From: Dipteris shenzhenensis
Lineage: Eukaryota
Direction: 5' to 3' (one strand)
Assembly: GCA_047967505.1 (NCBI GenBank)
Contig: CM106538.1
Length of the DNA: 64,000 nt
A program made the translations under genes and the position numbers. This document shows positions 1 to 13,741 of this stretch, piece after piece (within the stretch, counting starts at the first letter, position 1; every line of letters begins with the position of its first letter). Below the pieces are notes generated by a model. That model was not told the DNA's origin. It saw only the letters and a list, made by a program, of their open reading frames with translations, and ran no database searches.

Positions 1-3000
1 ATGGCATGAGAGAGCCAGGAAAGTTATGTACTGGCTGTCTATCAGTATTTCGGACTCCATGATTGTGCATATTCAGGATGCAAATACACCAAAGGAGGCA
101 TGGGATAATTTGGCAAAAATGTACAGCACAAATATGCAAGCCAGGAAAATGCAACTCAAACAGGAGTTGCACAATGTGCAGAGAGAAAATTTGAGCATAA
201 ATGACTACCACATGAAAGTGAATAAAATTGCAGATGCACTTGCTTCCATTGGGTCACCAGTGGATGATGACGATTTGGTCTCTGTGACCTTGAATGGTCT
301 AGGAAAGGATTATGCACAGTTCCGGACATCCATTGCCGTTCGTGAAAAATTTCCTGATTTTGAGGAGTTGATTGCTCTTCTAATTTCCGAAGAGCAAAGA
401 AATGGGGGTGCATCTTCTTCAGCAGGAACTTCAAAAGAAACTGTCTTCTACTCAAATGCTGGCAGAGGTAGAGGCAGAGGTAGAGGAGGCCGATAGGCCG
501 TTAGAAATCAGAATATGCAGCAAACGCAAGAAAACCAGTCCTATGCAGGAGGACGTGGTAACTCTAGAGGCAGGGGGAGTCAAAGAGGCCGTGGTGGATG
601 GCAGAGAGGCCAAAATGCAAACAGCAATATTGAATGCTACTATTGTGGCAAAATGGGTCATATGGCTAAGGACTGCTATAAAAAGCAGAATGACATTATG
701 AATGGAAAATTGCAACAAGGCAATTATGCATCCTCTAGTAGACAGGGTGATGACAGAAATGAGCATTTGTTTATGGTGCAGCATATGACAAATTCTGTAA
801 CAAGTGCAAAAGAAAGCAATGATGTGTGGTATGTTGACTCGGGTGTGTCAAACCACATGACAGGTCATGCTGAATGGATGCAGGATGCAAGAAAAATGGA
901 AAAACCAGGATTTGTGGAGACTGGTGATGATATTGCACATCCTATTGTGCAGATTGGCAAAATTCCTTTGTCTATGCAGGATGGGAAAAAGAAATACTTG
1001 TCTGATGTATTTCATGTCCCGAACATCACCAAGAACCTGGTTTCTGTTGGTCAAATGGTTGAGCAGGGCTTGCAGGTTAGATTTAATCCTTATGGATGCT
1101 TTGTTGAGGATATGAAAAATAATGGTCGCTTGATAGCAAAAGGAAAGAAGAAGGGCAGGATGTTTACGTGATGATTGATGTAAATGCACAAAATGGTAAT
1201 GCTACACAGAATGCACAACAGCAATCACAAAATATCAGTGGACCTGGAGTGTCCTCTACCAGGTTCACATACTTCGCCATGGACAGGCAGATTGAGATCA
1301 GGAGAATCCCCTCAAAGCAATGCAGAGAGTGGTATGCAAGTATCACGAAAAGGAAAAGAGAAGGTAGATCAACTCATGTATGATGTGAATGCAGGTCACT
1401 CTTGTGTGGATGGTGAATCCAGTGGCTCTGAACAGAGCATTGATGATGAGTTGGGTATTCCTTCTGTTGTTACACCTGGAGTAAGGAAGACCAGGGATGT
1501 TTTGAGAGCACCTGGAAGTGAGCCTATTTTGCGCAGGTCTACCAGGGTTAGGTATCCTGTGGATAGGCTAAAATATGATGGATTTATAGCCATTCACTAT
1601 GCCTATATGGTCAAAGTGATACAGGAACCAGAACCCACTTCTTTTGAGCAAGCCATGGGAAATGAAAAATGGGAGAAAGCCATGGATGAAGAAATGGATG
1701 CCTTGGATGCTAATGCTACATGGGAATTGGTGCCTTTGCCTAAAGGCAAGAATGCAATTGGTTGTAAGTGGGTTTATAAGATCAAGCACAATGCAGATGG
1801 TTCTGTGAATGAATACAAGGCAAGATTAGTTGTCAAGGGGTATGCATAGACATATGGCATTGATTATGAAGAAACTTTTAGCCCGGTTGTAAGGATGGCA
1901 ACCGTAAGAGCAGCCATTGCTATGGCTGCATCAAAGGGATGGTCTTTACATCAGATGGATGTAAAGAATGCCTTCTTGCATGGTGATTTGCAAGAAGAGG
2001 TCTTTATGGAGCAGCCAGCAGGTTATGTTCATGCTATTCATCCCGAGTTTGTTTGCAGGTTGAAGAAAGCCTTGTATGGCTTGAAGCAAGCACCTAGAGC
2101 ATGGTCTGACAAGATAGGATAGTATCTTGTTACTATTGGCTTTCAGATTTCCAAGGCAGATTTCTTACTCTATGTGAGAAAAACAAAGAAAGGGATTATG
2201 CTGCTAGTCATTTATGTTGATGATTTGATCATCACAGGTGATAGTGATGAAGATATCCTTCATGTGAAAATGCTATTGAGGCAGAAGTTTGAGATGAAGG
2301 ATTTGGGAGAGCTGCGTTATTTCTTGGGCATTGAGGTGATTAGATCACGAAGTGGGATACAGCTCTTGGAGAGGCAGTATGGATTGGACATGCTGTCCAA
2401 ATATGGGATGACAGGCTGTAAGCCTATTTCAGTTCCTTTGGAGCAGAATGTGAAGCTGAGCGCAGATGCAGGTGAGCTTCTGGAGGACCCTACTATGTAC
2501 AGACACATAGTAGGAAGTTTGATTTACATGACTATTACTAGGCCAGATTTGAGCTATGCTGTTGGGTTGGTAAGTCAGTTTATGCAGGCTCCAAGGAAAC
2601 CGCATTTGGATGCGGCTAGATGCATACTCAGGTATGTGAAGTCCACATTGCAGTATGGACTATTTTATGAGGCTGGGGTTCAGATACAGTTGCATGGATA
2701 CACTGATGCTGATTGGGCTGGTAGCATTTCAGATAGACGATCTACCAGTGGATATGTGTTCTCTTTTGGGAGTGCTGCAGTCACTTGGAGCAGCAAGAAA
2801 CAGCCTACAGTTGCCTCGTCGAGCACAGAGGCTGAGTACAGGGGTGCAGCAATGGTTGCATGTGAGGAAGTTTGGTTGCATAAGCTACTTTATGATATGC
2901 ATCAGTCTACAGATGGGCCGGTTGTCATTTATTGTGACAACATGAGCAGTATACATTTGGCAAAGGACCCAGTCTTTCATGCTAGAACAAAGCACATTAA

Positions 3001-3214
3001 GGTGCATTATCACTATGTGCGGGAGAAGGTTTTACTAGGTCTTATTGATCTAGTTTATGTCAGCACAGAGGATCAGGTAGCTGACATATTCACGAAAGCA
3101 TTGGGCGCAGAGAAGCTGCGCAAGTTCAGAGACCTGCTTGGTGTGCAGGATTTGGGATTGAGCTCGAGGGGGAGTGTTGAGATATCGAGCTCCACTCGCG
3201 ATATGCCAGGGTGA
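1..3214 (+). pseudogene. Copia gag-pol pseudogene
   Basis: Stops at 494-496, 1847-1849 and 2120-2122. The GAG-pre-integrase and integrase core are missing at junction 1167/1168 relative to sister copy A2. Confidence 0.92.
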
Positions 3215-3527
3215 CTGTTGTGCATTTATGTCACCGACTTGTTAGCTGGAGATGCGGTTGGTACACCGCCCACAAATAATAGCTGGATGACAACTATCCT
3301 TATCTACACTAGTTCGTGGCTCAGTTAGTATGCCACCTTAGTTAGTTGAGTTTGGTTTGAGACCCACATATAGGGTTCTTCTATTTTTTTGTACTTGAGT
3401 TCTTTTGGCTTTCACAACTAAGAAGAGGAAAACTGTTTTCAACCTCCACCTTTGTGTGTATTCCCCCATTTGTGCATGTGAGAAAGCCGTAAGTGAGACT
3501 CCTTCCCTCTCTCCCACTATCTTCACA
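3175..3527 (+). repeat. 3' LTR of Copia A1
   Basis: Starts TG right after the PPT and ends CA; homologous to the 5' LTR of A2 (63738-64000, minus), which is followed by a PBS. Confidence 0.92.
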
Positions 3528-5617
3528 AGGATGACCCCACAACTTACGAGGGGCAAATGCACATCTTGTACAGGACCACATAAGTTGTACTCATTGTACA
3601 TGCTTTCGCTACGTAGTCACTGTGCTCACATACGCACACATTACTCTGATTTCTTTTTCGTTTTCTTTTCTAGTTTTGGATGCTATAATATGCACAAAAC
3701 ACAAAAAGGTCGTGTACATACACCATCTACTTACCCAATGCAATTAAAGAGGGGGTGTTGAGAATGGTGTAAATTGCACCATACCTCTAGGGCATTAGGG
3801 GCATACTTTAACCCTAACCCTAAGTGGTTCACATGTATATCTTCATGTTCACATTCAATACAACTTAGTGTTCAAGTAGCTATATTGTGTGCACTCCTCT
3901 CTCTCTCACTTTTGCTATCATTTTTGTATGCTATTTTCTTCCCCCTTTTAACCTCCCCCTTTCCCTTCTTTTCTCCCCTCTTTTCTCCCTTCTCTCTCCC
4001 TTAACATCCCCCTTTCCCATCTTTCTCCCCTCTTTTCTCCCTTTTAGACATCCCCCTTCCCTCTTTTCTTCCCCCTTTTAGCCATCTCTCCATCCCCTTC
4101 TCACCCTTGTCATACATTTAGCTTATCCTTCTATTGGCATTTCAACCAATGGTTTTATTTGGTTGATCCGTATACTAAGGGTGCTCCAACCCTCAACCAT
4201 CTAGCCATTTCTAGGAGCCTCATCCCAAAAGGTATTTTAAGTCTCTTCCATCTAAGCCTTATAGGCCTTGGCATTAGGCTATCCACTTTGTATGTGGGAT
4301 TGAGGCCTTAAAAACCATTTGCAACATGTTATTACAAGTTCAAAACTCCATTTAGTCCTCTCCCTTCTTGCACCTTCATGCACTCACGGTTATGCACATT
4401 TTTATAGAACCCCCTCAACCATGAGTTAGGTCTAACTAGTATTGATTTTTATACCACGTGCTCCCTTTGTGATTTGTGGGTTGCAATTTTTTTATCATTG
4501 ACTACACATCGCATGGCTCTTGCCTTGCACATGGTCTTCCAAGGCATGTAGCTTCATGGTTTTTTCACATCTTCATTCATGTGCAAAGCTTCCTTGGTTG
4601 CATGTTCTACTAGTTGGCACAAGTGGGCATTAACTTCTTTGAGGACTTTTGGGGTCAAGGTTTTTTTGTGAGAATACAAATTGAGAAGGGGCCTTCAAGG
4701 GCCTCATTCCCCCCCCCCTTGATTTGTCCATCCATTTTTTTTGTCACATGTTGCCTGCACGAATCTAGTCCATGTTGTGTCTACCTGCATCACAATCTAA
4801 TCTACTAGTAGTCTGATCCCCTTGTATGTAGTCCACGTTACTACTGATAGTTGCATCCTTTATTGCATGGTATATGCACTACAAGTTAGTTCTTGGTGTT
4901 AGTTGTGTAAGGCCATCTATAGTTCCACTTTTGTCAACTACTTTTGCTAGTCTCATCTCCCTCATCTTGTAGTTCTACTAGTCTAGTATGTTGTCAATGC
5001 TGGCTTTCTCTACCCTACTACAATATTTGACCATGCTTTGTGCTAGCTTGTTTTGTGGTCCCTGTCACATTTCTTGTGTTCCAGTCTGACATACTTTTGT
5101 GTTGCTGCACTTCCCATGCATCTATCCATCCATTGTGTTTGTGTGGCTTATTTTGCTTATCCATCTTGTGTCTTGTCTACTTCTCGTGCCTACACTACTC
5201 TCTTCTCTCCATCATGTGGTAGTCTTGTGCTCTCACTATAATGAAATCTTGTTATCCTGCACATTTATTATTTTCCCATTTTCATTAATGCTTGTAACCT
5301 CCTTCTCTACTTCATGCATCATGCATTTGCTACTCCTTAATGTAGTCTACTCTTTTTTTCATGCATCACATCATGTGTCTTGTACTCTTTAGATTAGTCT
5401 ATCCATTGTTGTGCCATATGGCATGATGCCATTGGTTCATGCCCCTGTGTAGTGTTGTATACTATCCACCCAAACTATATTCCACTACCACATGGTAGAT
5501 GCTTCACTTTGCACCTACATGCAAAACCACTAACTTTGATAAATGGTTAGCATTTTGATAAGTGTCATTATCTAGCAGAGCCGTGTATTGAGGGTACCCC
5601 AAACCTTAGCCACCTAG
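3528..5617 (+). repeat. Unclassified ~2.1-kb non-coding interspersed repeat, copy R1
   Basis: Collinear inverted homology to 47556-48167 plus 53647-55091; ~4180-4400 is also repeated at ~5595-5820. Confidence 0.85.
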
Positions 5618-8600
5618 CCACTCCTAGGATCCTCATCCCCAAAAGAGGACTCAAGGTATTTGAGATATCCTCCATTCAAGGTTTATATGCCTTGAAATTG
5701 TGCTACCACCTTTATATGTGGGATTAAGCCCTTAAAACATTCTACCACACGTCATTACAAAGTGAGGTTATATTTAGTCCTCCCCTTCTTGCACCTTCAT
5801 GCACTCTAATTGCACACATTCTAACACCTTTGCCCTAAATCCCTTGCAGATTCATCTCTTATCTCATGCATCCATTCAATCCATCTCACATCCTACTTCC
5901 CTTATAAATTCATCGCATCCTTCATATTCAACCCCTCTCTCCTTTATCTGTCGTCTCATCTTCTTTCATGCATCCAACCCATCCATATAATCTCAGATTC
6001 CTTGCATAAAGTGATCCCAACCTTCATATACAACCCCTCCCATGCATCCATATCCCTCTCTGCATCTCTCATCCATCCCTCTCTCTCGCCTTTTTTACAT
6101 CACTCCTCTCTTCTCTCCTTCTTTCTACCTCCTTTATTTCTCCCCTCCTTTCTTCCCCCTTTCTCCCCTTCTTATTAGGAAGAAAAAAAAGAATGTGTGG
6201 GGTCCCTCTTTGCTTCAATGGTATCAATGCATAGGATCCTTAGCCTCCTTCCATCAATAATAAAGAGAAAAATTGTGAGTGGGAAGCACACGCATCATGA
6301 ATGATATGATGTAAGTGAACTAATTTTAAGTTTGTACTGCTAAAGCATGAGTAGGAGACTAGAGATACAAGAGCATGCAAAGTCTCAAGCTTGTTGAGTA
6401 TTGATTTTTCCTTGAGCTCGTATTCCCCAAAGCATGCAATTTAAGAAATATGGTGGTCACACTTATGGAAGTTAGCATTACTATCTTAAATTGTAAAGTC
6501 CATGACATTTGCATCTTTAGAAGACAAGCAAATAGCTCCAAATGCTTTGGTCTTAAAAAGTTCCCCTCTACACATCAACCTCCACTTAAACAAACCTTAT
6601 GATCCAAGCATGCAACTAAGACCGAAATCATAGAGAGGAAACATAGCCCACTGAACCATTTTGTTTTCCATCATAGCAAGTCAAGTACATCACTGAAGTA
6701 CTGACCATGCTAGCAACCTATTAATTCTTTGGATCCTCATATCCATCAGTGCATTCAGTTATCTTACATTTTTCTTGAAGCTAACCTTACTCATCCTTTC
6801 TTTCCTTGATAATAACAACCTCATTTTGAGCATTATCTAAGAAACATGTGCTATCCTTCACCTTCATAAAAGGATTTAGATCCTATGCCCAACTGCTCTA
6901 TATTGGAGATATTAATACTCATACTTGGATCAATGAATATTTTCTTGGGGATTTTGGGTATGACACCTAAAACATCTCATTGACTATTGTATTTTCATTC
7001 TAGATTCTTAGCAAACTCATCCTTCTTTTTATCTACCTTCTTCTTCTTGCAACCTCTCAGAATATACCTTGGCTAATCATTCTAATAACATTTCTTTTTC
7101 TTGCACTCATTGTTTGAAGGGTTTCCATCTATTGATGAATTTTTTACTTGGGCTTGCCCTTCCCATTACCCTTCCCTTTGGAAGAAATAGTATGCACTTT
7201 CTCATTGCCATCATCTTTGTCATATAACTTCAACCTTAATTGAACATAAATCAATAGTATAAAAACCTCCTCAACTATGAGAGGCTTCAACCTCTCTCTA
7301 ATTGCCAACCTTTTAGCCAACCATTGCAAGTTGATCTTGGAAAGAATTTATGTTGATAAAATGGCCACTAAGATATTTTCCCTCATCACCAAACACCAAT
7401 GTAAATAATTGCCTATGGAGTGTAACTATTTGTGGTGCACTTTTGGTCTCATACAGATCATTCAATATTTTCATTATCAAATATATATATATATATATTC
7501 ATTATCTTTTTCGAAGGGCAGAGGCATTAGTTGTTGTAAACCAATCAATGTTCACATGTATTGAATGTCTTTAATGATGATTTTCTCCACTATGCACATC
7601 TAAGGATTGACTTTATGCCCACTTGCAACATATATGGCATCATTTGAAAAGTTCTTATGATCATGCAGTAATTCAATGCATAGTGGATTTAAATAGAAAA
7701 ACTTGTTGAAAGCATCATCATCACCGGGGTGTTCACACATCATGTGAATTGTTCTAGCATTATCAATGGATGAAGTTTTTCTACTATGAAGAACAATCAT
7801 GGTATTTATGACCTTGGCATATTTTGTGTTATTTGTTGATGGATGGAATTCATGCTAAATATTCCACACTTTTTTTGCTTAGCATGAATCATGTACAAAT
7901 AGTATTTTTCATTTGGTATTTTCTCTTCTAAGAGAGGCTTACATGGATTGTCAATGGAATATTTCTTTTGCACTATGATTGACCTTGCGTTCATTTTGTT
8001 GTCTTTAAATTTGTGAGCATCTTTGTTTGGATCGAAAACATGTGCACATGCTTATCAAATTCATGAGATGAAATTGTGCATATGGCATTTCGGTGGACTA
8101 GACTAGCCTTGAATACTAATATTCTAGCATTTTGTGACACCATATATGTGAATCATATTTGAACGATTTGATGATTGACTCCATGTTAAATAATATTTGT
8201 TGATCTTTGAACACTACGGTTCCATTGTTTGAAGTCATTGCATTACAGCATGTGTTGTGTATAAATGACATATTATTTCTTGTATCACTTATGTTTGATG
8301 CCTTTGGCCTATGGTGGGTCCAGTGGCAAATGTATTATTGATGTAGTATTGCATGTATCAATTATGTTTGATGCATATAGCAAGTGTAAAACCCTAAGGG
8401 CATGGATTAATAAAATTTTGAATGGAATTTTATTGTGTACAAGCTTTCTTTTCATTTGAACATTCCACTATCATGTTCTTTGTCTTTCTTCTAGTATTTG
8501 TTCCATCATTGTGGATGTCAATCTTTGCTTGGTTGAACCAAAATTGTTTGATATTTTTTATAGATTTGGAATTGGGAATAGAATTTGAATAAATCATATC

Positions 8601-8883
8601 ATATTATTTTCATGTAGTGGTTGACTTAACACCTATATGAGTCATTAATCTATTGATTATTCATGTAGTGGCTGCACCTAGAGGTGGGGGGAAGAAATAA
8701 GAGCTATGTCATTGAGTTAAATTAGCATGATGAATGTGGGAGGACTTTGGCCAAGCTTCCCTCAATATTAAAGAAAGGGAATACTATTATATGTCATCAC
8801 TCGAGGAAGGTCATGAATATGCATGAAATCACTAAAAAAGTTGTGATCGGGGTAGTAGTAGACATTAACAACACCCCTTTCAT

Positions 8884-9330
8884 CCCGGGGGATTCACTCT
8901 TCATTAAAGGGGGACGTCACCTGCGTGCATGTACTTCAAGAAAACCCCCTATTTAAGATCCATGTAGGATGATAAAACACCCATATTTAAGCTTATAAGA
9001 TACCACCAAAATTCCATTATGTCCCCCCCTTTCCTTAAATCTACATTCTCTCTCAAGCATTTAGATTACACAATAAGCAAATTTAGGTTACTTTCCCTAT
9101 GACTATTTAAAACCATACACAAAATCAAACTTGTTTGGACTAGTTACCCAAGGTAACCTATATTATGTCCCCCCTTCTTAAATATGACATGGTCCCCCTA
9201 GCTTAAATTCAATATTGGGGGAAAAAAAAGGGCCCCCACCCCTAATGTATAAGCTTATGCCTCATTTCAAAAAAACCCCCTATTGTACACTCACGTGATA
9301 TCATAAGTTTCCCCCTGTGAATCCCACGGG
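8884..9330. mobile_element. Non-autonomous TIR element (MITE), 447 bp, 8-bp TSD
   Basis: TIRs CCCGGGGGATTCAC / GTGAATCCCACGGG; flanked by CCTTTCAT at 8876-8883 and 9331-9338. Confidence 0.88.
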
Positions 9331-11039
9331 CCTTTCATAGAGTGAAAAGTAGACAAAATTTGGAGTGAAAAAAGAGAAATGTTTTAATAGAAATACTCTG
9401 CAATAAATATCCACAAAAAAGGAATTGACATCATTAAAGGAAGAACAGATTTTTCAAAAGAGAGAAAGCGAGTAGTGATGCTTTGAAAAGTCGTTGGCAG
9501 CATAACATTTATTGAAGAGGGGAGTCTGCATACCTACCACCATCCAACAAGACAAACATGGTGAGAACCAGTCGAACCTTAGTTGGGAAGATAGGTGTCA
9601 TAAACACCCTCCCTTATTATCAGAGTCACAATAAAGATAAATGCTTAACCATTGACTTACAAGCTAGTTTAAAAATATTTTTAAGGCAAAAATTGTATGG
9701 TGTGATCAATAGGGTTGTGTAGAATTATGTTAAGAGAATTAAGGGGGTGAAGAAGTAGAAGTATGTATAACCAAAGGACTACGTTAAATGAAAAAATGAT
9801 AGTTATGAACAAGAAGAAAATAGGGAGAGAAAAGAAATTTTTGGAGAGATTATTTAGAGGAGATAAAGCTGAAGAGCAGATGGGGCACATGAAAACTAAA
9901 AATGTTTTTGCAATATTAAGTAATGGAAAAGGTATGGAGATAGACTACCAAATAAATTGAAAATAAGGTGCAAAGAGATGGCAAGAGGAAGAGAAGAGCA
10001 AGGTAAGGAGTTTTTTTGAGGGGTTTGAAGCAAAAATAGAGAGAGGGGGGCAGAGGGGTGGGGGGGATGTGATAAATAAAAAAGCGAAAGAAAGAGAAAA
10101 GAAATTAGTAAAGAGACAAGAAGGGGGAATTGTGAGTTAAAGGTATATAAAAGGAAGGGGACATGTAATTAAAGAGAAGGGAAATGAGAAGGGGGGTTTG
10201 ATGTCAATGAGGAATAGTAAAAGCATGGAAAGAAAGAGAAAAGAACTCAGTAAGGAGAAAAGAAGGGGCAATTGGGAGTTTAAAGGGAGGCCATTATATG
10301 TAATTATAAAAAGGAAAACGAGCAAAAGGGGGGAAATTTGAAGTCGACGAGGATTTGAAGGAATAGAAGAAAGCATTCGGGGGATTAGGGGAAAGGATAG
10401 AGAGGGAAGGGGGGGTTTAATGACATAAGAAAACCAAAAAAGGGGGGGGGGGGGTAAAACAAAACAAGAGGAAGTAAAAAAAGAAAGGAGTGAAAAAGAA
10501 CCTCAGAGTCCATGGTGGAAAAGCATCATCATGTGTATTGGAGGTGGAAGGATGGCGTGAACAGAGAGGATGTGGTCGTGCTAGCAACGTCGATCGACAG
10601 ACAGAGGAAAAGAGTAGGTGGTAGGGAGGTTGACGGTTAGAGAGATCTGGTTGGAGATTAAGGAGGGCATCGGAGCAACAGGTTGTATCCAGAGCCCACA
10701 AAAGGTGGAGGTAGCACAACCAAAGATGAGGTGTAGGCTGTGTGCAACAGCGCTATTACGGGTGCAGAGAGTAGGAGCAAATGCATAGCAAGGGGGGTTG
10801 TGCAAGTACAGTAAGTGAGATGAGTGGAGAGTGATGTGAGGCTTTAAATAGATAGAAGCGATGGTCAGGTAGGGAGAGTCAGGGAGGTGAGAGGTCTAGG
10901 TGGTAGGGGGAGTGGAAGCGCACAAAGCAAGGCATAGAGACCACTGTAGAGAAGTGGAAGAGGCACAAAAAGTGAGATGATAGGCACATAAAGCAAAGAG
11001 AGTGAAGGGAGGTAGAGTGCACATGGTGGGAAATAAGGA

Positions 11040-11900
11040 TAGAGGGGGGCATTAGTTAATTTTATGTGTAGTTAAAAAGTTCCTATTAGGCCTAGTTTAA
11101 GAGATATAGGATAAATAGGGCTAGTTTCTTTTAGGCTTAGTTAAAAGTTATGGGAAATTTTAGGGGAACATTGAAAAAAAGAAAAAGTATAGGGAAATTA
11201 GGAAAATAGGGAGATTTAGGAAATGGGAAAATAGGAAAAAGGAAATAGAAAAAAGGAAAAAATTTAATTAGAGAAATAGGAACAATAGGAAATTAAAAGG
11301 TTTTAGGAAAATAGGGGAAAATTGAAAGGGGGGTTAGGAATATAGGGGGTGTTTAGAAAAGTTAAAAAATCTTAATTTAAAAAATTGAAGAAGACAATTA
11401 AAGTTTTTAAAAAAAAATTATATAGGGAAATAAAAACAGGAAAAAGGTGATATAGGGGAATAGAAAAGTAGGAAGAATTAATAGAAAGGCCTTTTTTTAA
11501 ATAGATAGGAAATTAGGGAGATTAGGGAAAAGGAAAGAATGAAAAATAGAAAAATAGGGTAATTAGAGAATAGAGAAGATAGGAAAATAAGGAATATAGG
11601 AAAATAGGGGAAATTTATCAAAAGGGAAATTAGGGAGTGTAAAAGAGAGAGAAAGGCTTGAGAGTGTAGATGTAGGGGGGGGGGGAGGGGGAGTTCGGGA
11701 GGGTAGGGATGGAGGGGGAATTTTGAAAAAAGGAAAGGTGGGAAAATAAGGAAAGATTAATAGGGGTTAGGAAAATTAGGGGGAATTTTAGGGAAGTAGG
11801 GGAAATAGGGAGTGTGATGAGAGGGAAAGGGCAGAGAGTGTAAATGTAAGGAAAAGGGGGGGGGGAGGGGAAAAAGTAAAGTAAATGTTATGGAAGAAAT
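11040..11900. repeat. Purine-rich degenerate repeat tract (taggaaaatagg-like units)
   Basis: Many imperfect copies of (t)aggaaaatagg and G/A runs on the + strand. Confidence 0.6.
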
Positions 11901-11986
11901 TAATAGGAAGTGTGTGTGTGTACCCGAGCAGAGTACATCACACAAGGTGAGACAGTAGGTCATCACCGAGTGTGATGACATACTGT

Positions 11987-13166
11987 CTACCCAAAAAGGG
12001 AAAGAAGTGTGTGTAAATTAAGTTGAAGATGTGGAAATGAGTTTGAGGCAATGTAGTTGTGGATAATTTTATTGATTCTATGGAGAAGGATGCTGTTGTC
12101 CTTGCAAATGTTAATAAGTAACGATAAATGAAAGAAGACATCAAATTCGTTAGAACATGAGTAAAGGACAGTGAGAAAAAGGTTAGGCATGCTTTGTAAG
12201 ATGATGAAAAAGGTCGATCGCTATGGTAGCAAATAAGGGAGATGGTGGGAAAATTGAGGGTTTTTTTCTTCCAAACAAATGTGGAAGAAAAATCTCCAAG
12301 AAAAGGGGGGGAAAGGGAGATGTGAGTGTTTAAAAAGGTGCAAGAGAGTCCAATGAGATTTTGGTTGGTGTTGATAAAGGAGGAGGTTAAGCTGCATTTG
12401 AGGGAGACGATGTGAAGAGGGTAGATGGTAAAGGGGTCATCCTCATTAAGAGGTCTAGAGGGGTCGAGGAAATTGGTGATGAGGGGATTATTGATGAAAA
12501 GGATGTCATCGACATACCTAAAGGTAAGGAGAAAGAGAGAGAGAAAGTTGGAAAGCCAAGACGTGCTAACTTCTTTATGAATTTGAACTTGAAAGAAGTG
12601 AGATACAAGTGGCACCAAAGGGGTGAACAAGAGAAGCCCATAGGGATGCCTTTAGATTGGGTCTAGTAGAGAGGGCTAGCTTGGATAACACTTGAATCAA
12701 GAAGAATGTGGTTGTACCTTAGAAATGTATCAAAGCTAAGGAGAGTTTTAACATCAGCCCTTTTCGTGAGGTGGAAACTACCAAAATTGAGAGAGAAGCC
12801 TTTGTAGCCTACTTTTGAAGCAAGTTTGCAAAAATAGGTGAGGGATTCCATAAGGCTAAAAGGGCCAAAGTGGGGAATGGCTTCCTAGCAGTTTGCTATG
12901 TCGGCAGAATATAAGGAGTGAATTTCAAGGGATAAGTTAACAAGGAATTGTAAGTTAGAATCAAAGCCCCAAAGCATGTTTGTGGATACATTGAGAAAGT
13001 TTTTATAAGTGGAATGTCATTTTTCTCCCTCTACGGAGATGATGTTTTTTTAGCTCTTTGAGCCCTGAGGCTAAGAGATCAGTAAGTGAGGAGAAGATGC
13101 AGCTATGGGCATTGGTAAGCCAATGAAAGCTGTGTTTATGTGCCTTGTAGGGGCACATGAGATAGG
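11987..13166 (-). pseudogene. Penelope-like element (PLE) reverse transcriptase, degenerate and 5'-truncated
   Basis: Minus-strand motifs in RT order: YLMCPYKAHKHSFHWLTNAH, LYSADIANC*EAIP (motif A), QSKGIPMGFSCSPLWCHLYL (motif B), FRYVDDILFINNP (motif C), then CTFL. Several frameshifts and stops. Confidence 0.8.
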
Positions 13167-13712
13167 CATTAGGGGAGAATTGGGGTCTCCAAAGGGCCCC
13201 CACTTAGTGTTTCCTAATTTCAAGGATTAGTGAGGTATTTGAGGTGTACCAATGGGAGTACTCCTTTTTGTGGGGCAATGCCATGTTGAGGTGGAGGGTG
13301 GGCAGACCTGCCAACAACCCCTATTGGCTTCTCCTCTTACACCAGGACCACTCAAACCGTCCCCCCACCTCAACCCATGCTTGACCCTTCTCCCATATGC
13401 ACCTCCCCCAAACAAACCTACAAGTCATTCAAGAGGCGATGGGCCCTTCTTGGCGAATTTTACCCCTGTCTCAGCTTGTTAAAGGCCTGCCCCCTCCTCT
13501 TCTCTTGTCCAGCTCCATTCTCCCTCCATTTTTTAAATGTGGGAATGCATTTGGCATCGTCTCTGCCCCCTCTTGCTCTGGTCCACTGTGTTTCTTCCTC
13601 TCCAGCACCTCCTGTAGCAGCTGCTCATTCTCTCTCCACTCCTAGCTATAGCACCTCCTACAGCAGTAGCTGCTCATCCCCCTCTGCTCTTTCTTCCTCC
13701 ATTCCTAGCTAC
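13167..13712 (+). mobile_element. 5' part of unclassified 'CATTAGGGG' element, copy 1 (continues at 37776)
   Basis: Shares the sharp boundary CATTAG[GA]GGA[GT]AA[TA]TGGGGTCTC with 32283 and 46125; homologous to 32283-32900; ends in a ~60-bp tandem repeat that resumes at 37776. Confidence 0.7.
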
Positions 13713-13741
13713 CTCGGGGGGGTCACTATTGAAATTAGTGT

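Larger units (their letters stand above)
1..3527 (+). mobile_element. Ty1/Copia LTR retrotransposon, family A copy A1 (5' end outside window; integrase deleted)
   Basis: Gag (KEAWDNL...LKQELHN), CCHC knuckle CYYCGKMGHMAKDC, protease WYVDSG, RT ([16 protein letters not shown]), RNase H (DADWAG...HARTKHI), PPT gagggggag 3166-3174, then LTR TGTTGA...TTCACA 3175-3527. Confidence 0.95.

Noticed and set aside
3808-3823. AACCCTAACCCTAA as interstitial telomere
   Set aside because: Only two units, embedded in a dispersed repeat and degenerate in R2.
3774-6260. Many short Leu/Ser/Phe/Pro-rich ORFs (also at 32500-33250 and 46350-46700)
   Set aside because: Artefacts of pyrimidine- or purine-rich low-complexity repeats; no domain motifs.
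6300-8700. Degenerate transposase (MULE-like) on the minus strand
   Set aside because: Composition suggests decayed coding DNA, but no diagnostic motif could be read.
9540-9660. Possible hammerhead ribozyme downstream of the PLE RT
   Set aside because: Only a degenerate CTGATAA was seen, with no convincing GAAA core or three stems; needs an Infernal search.
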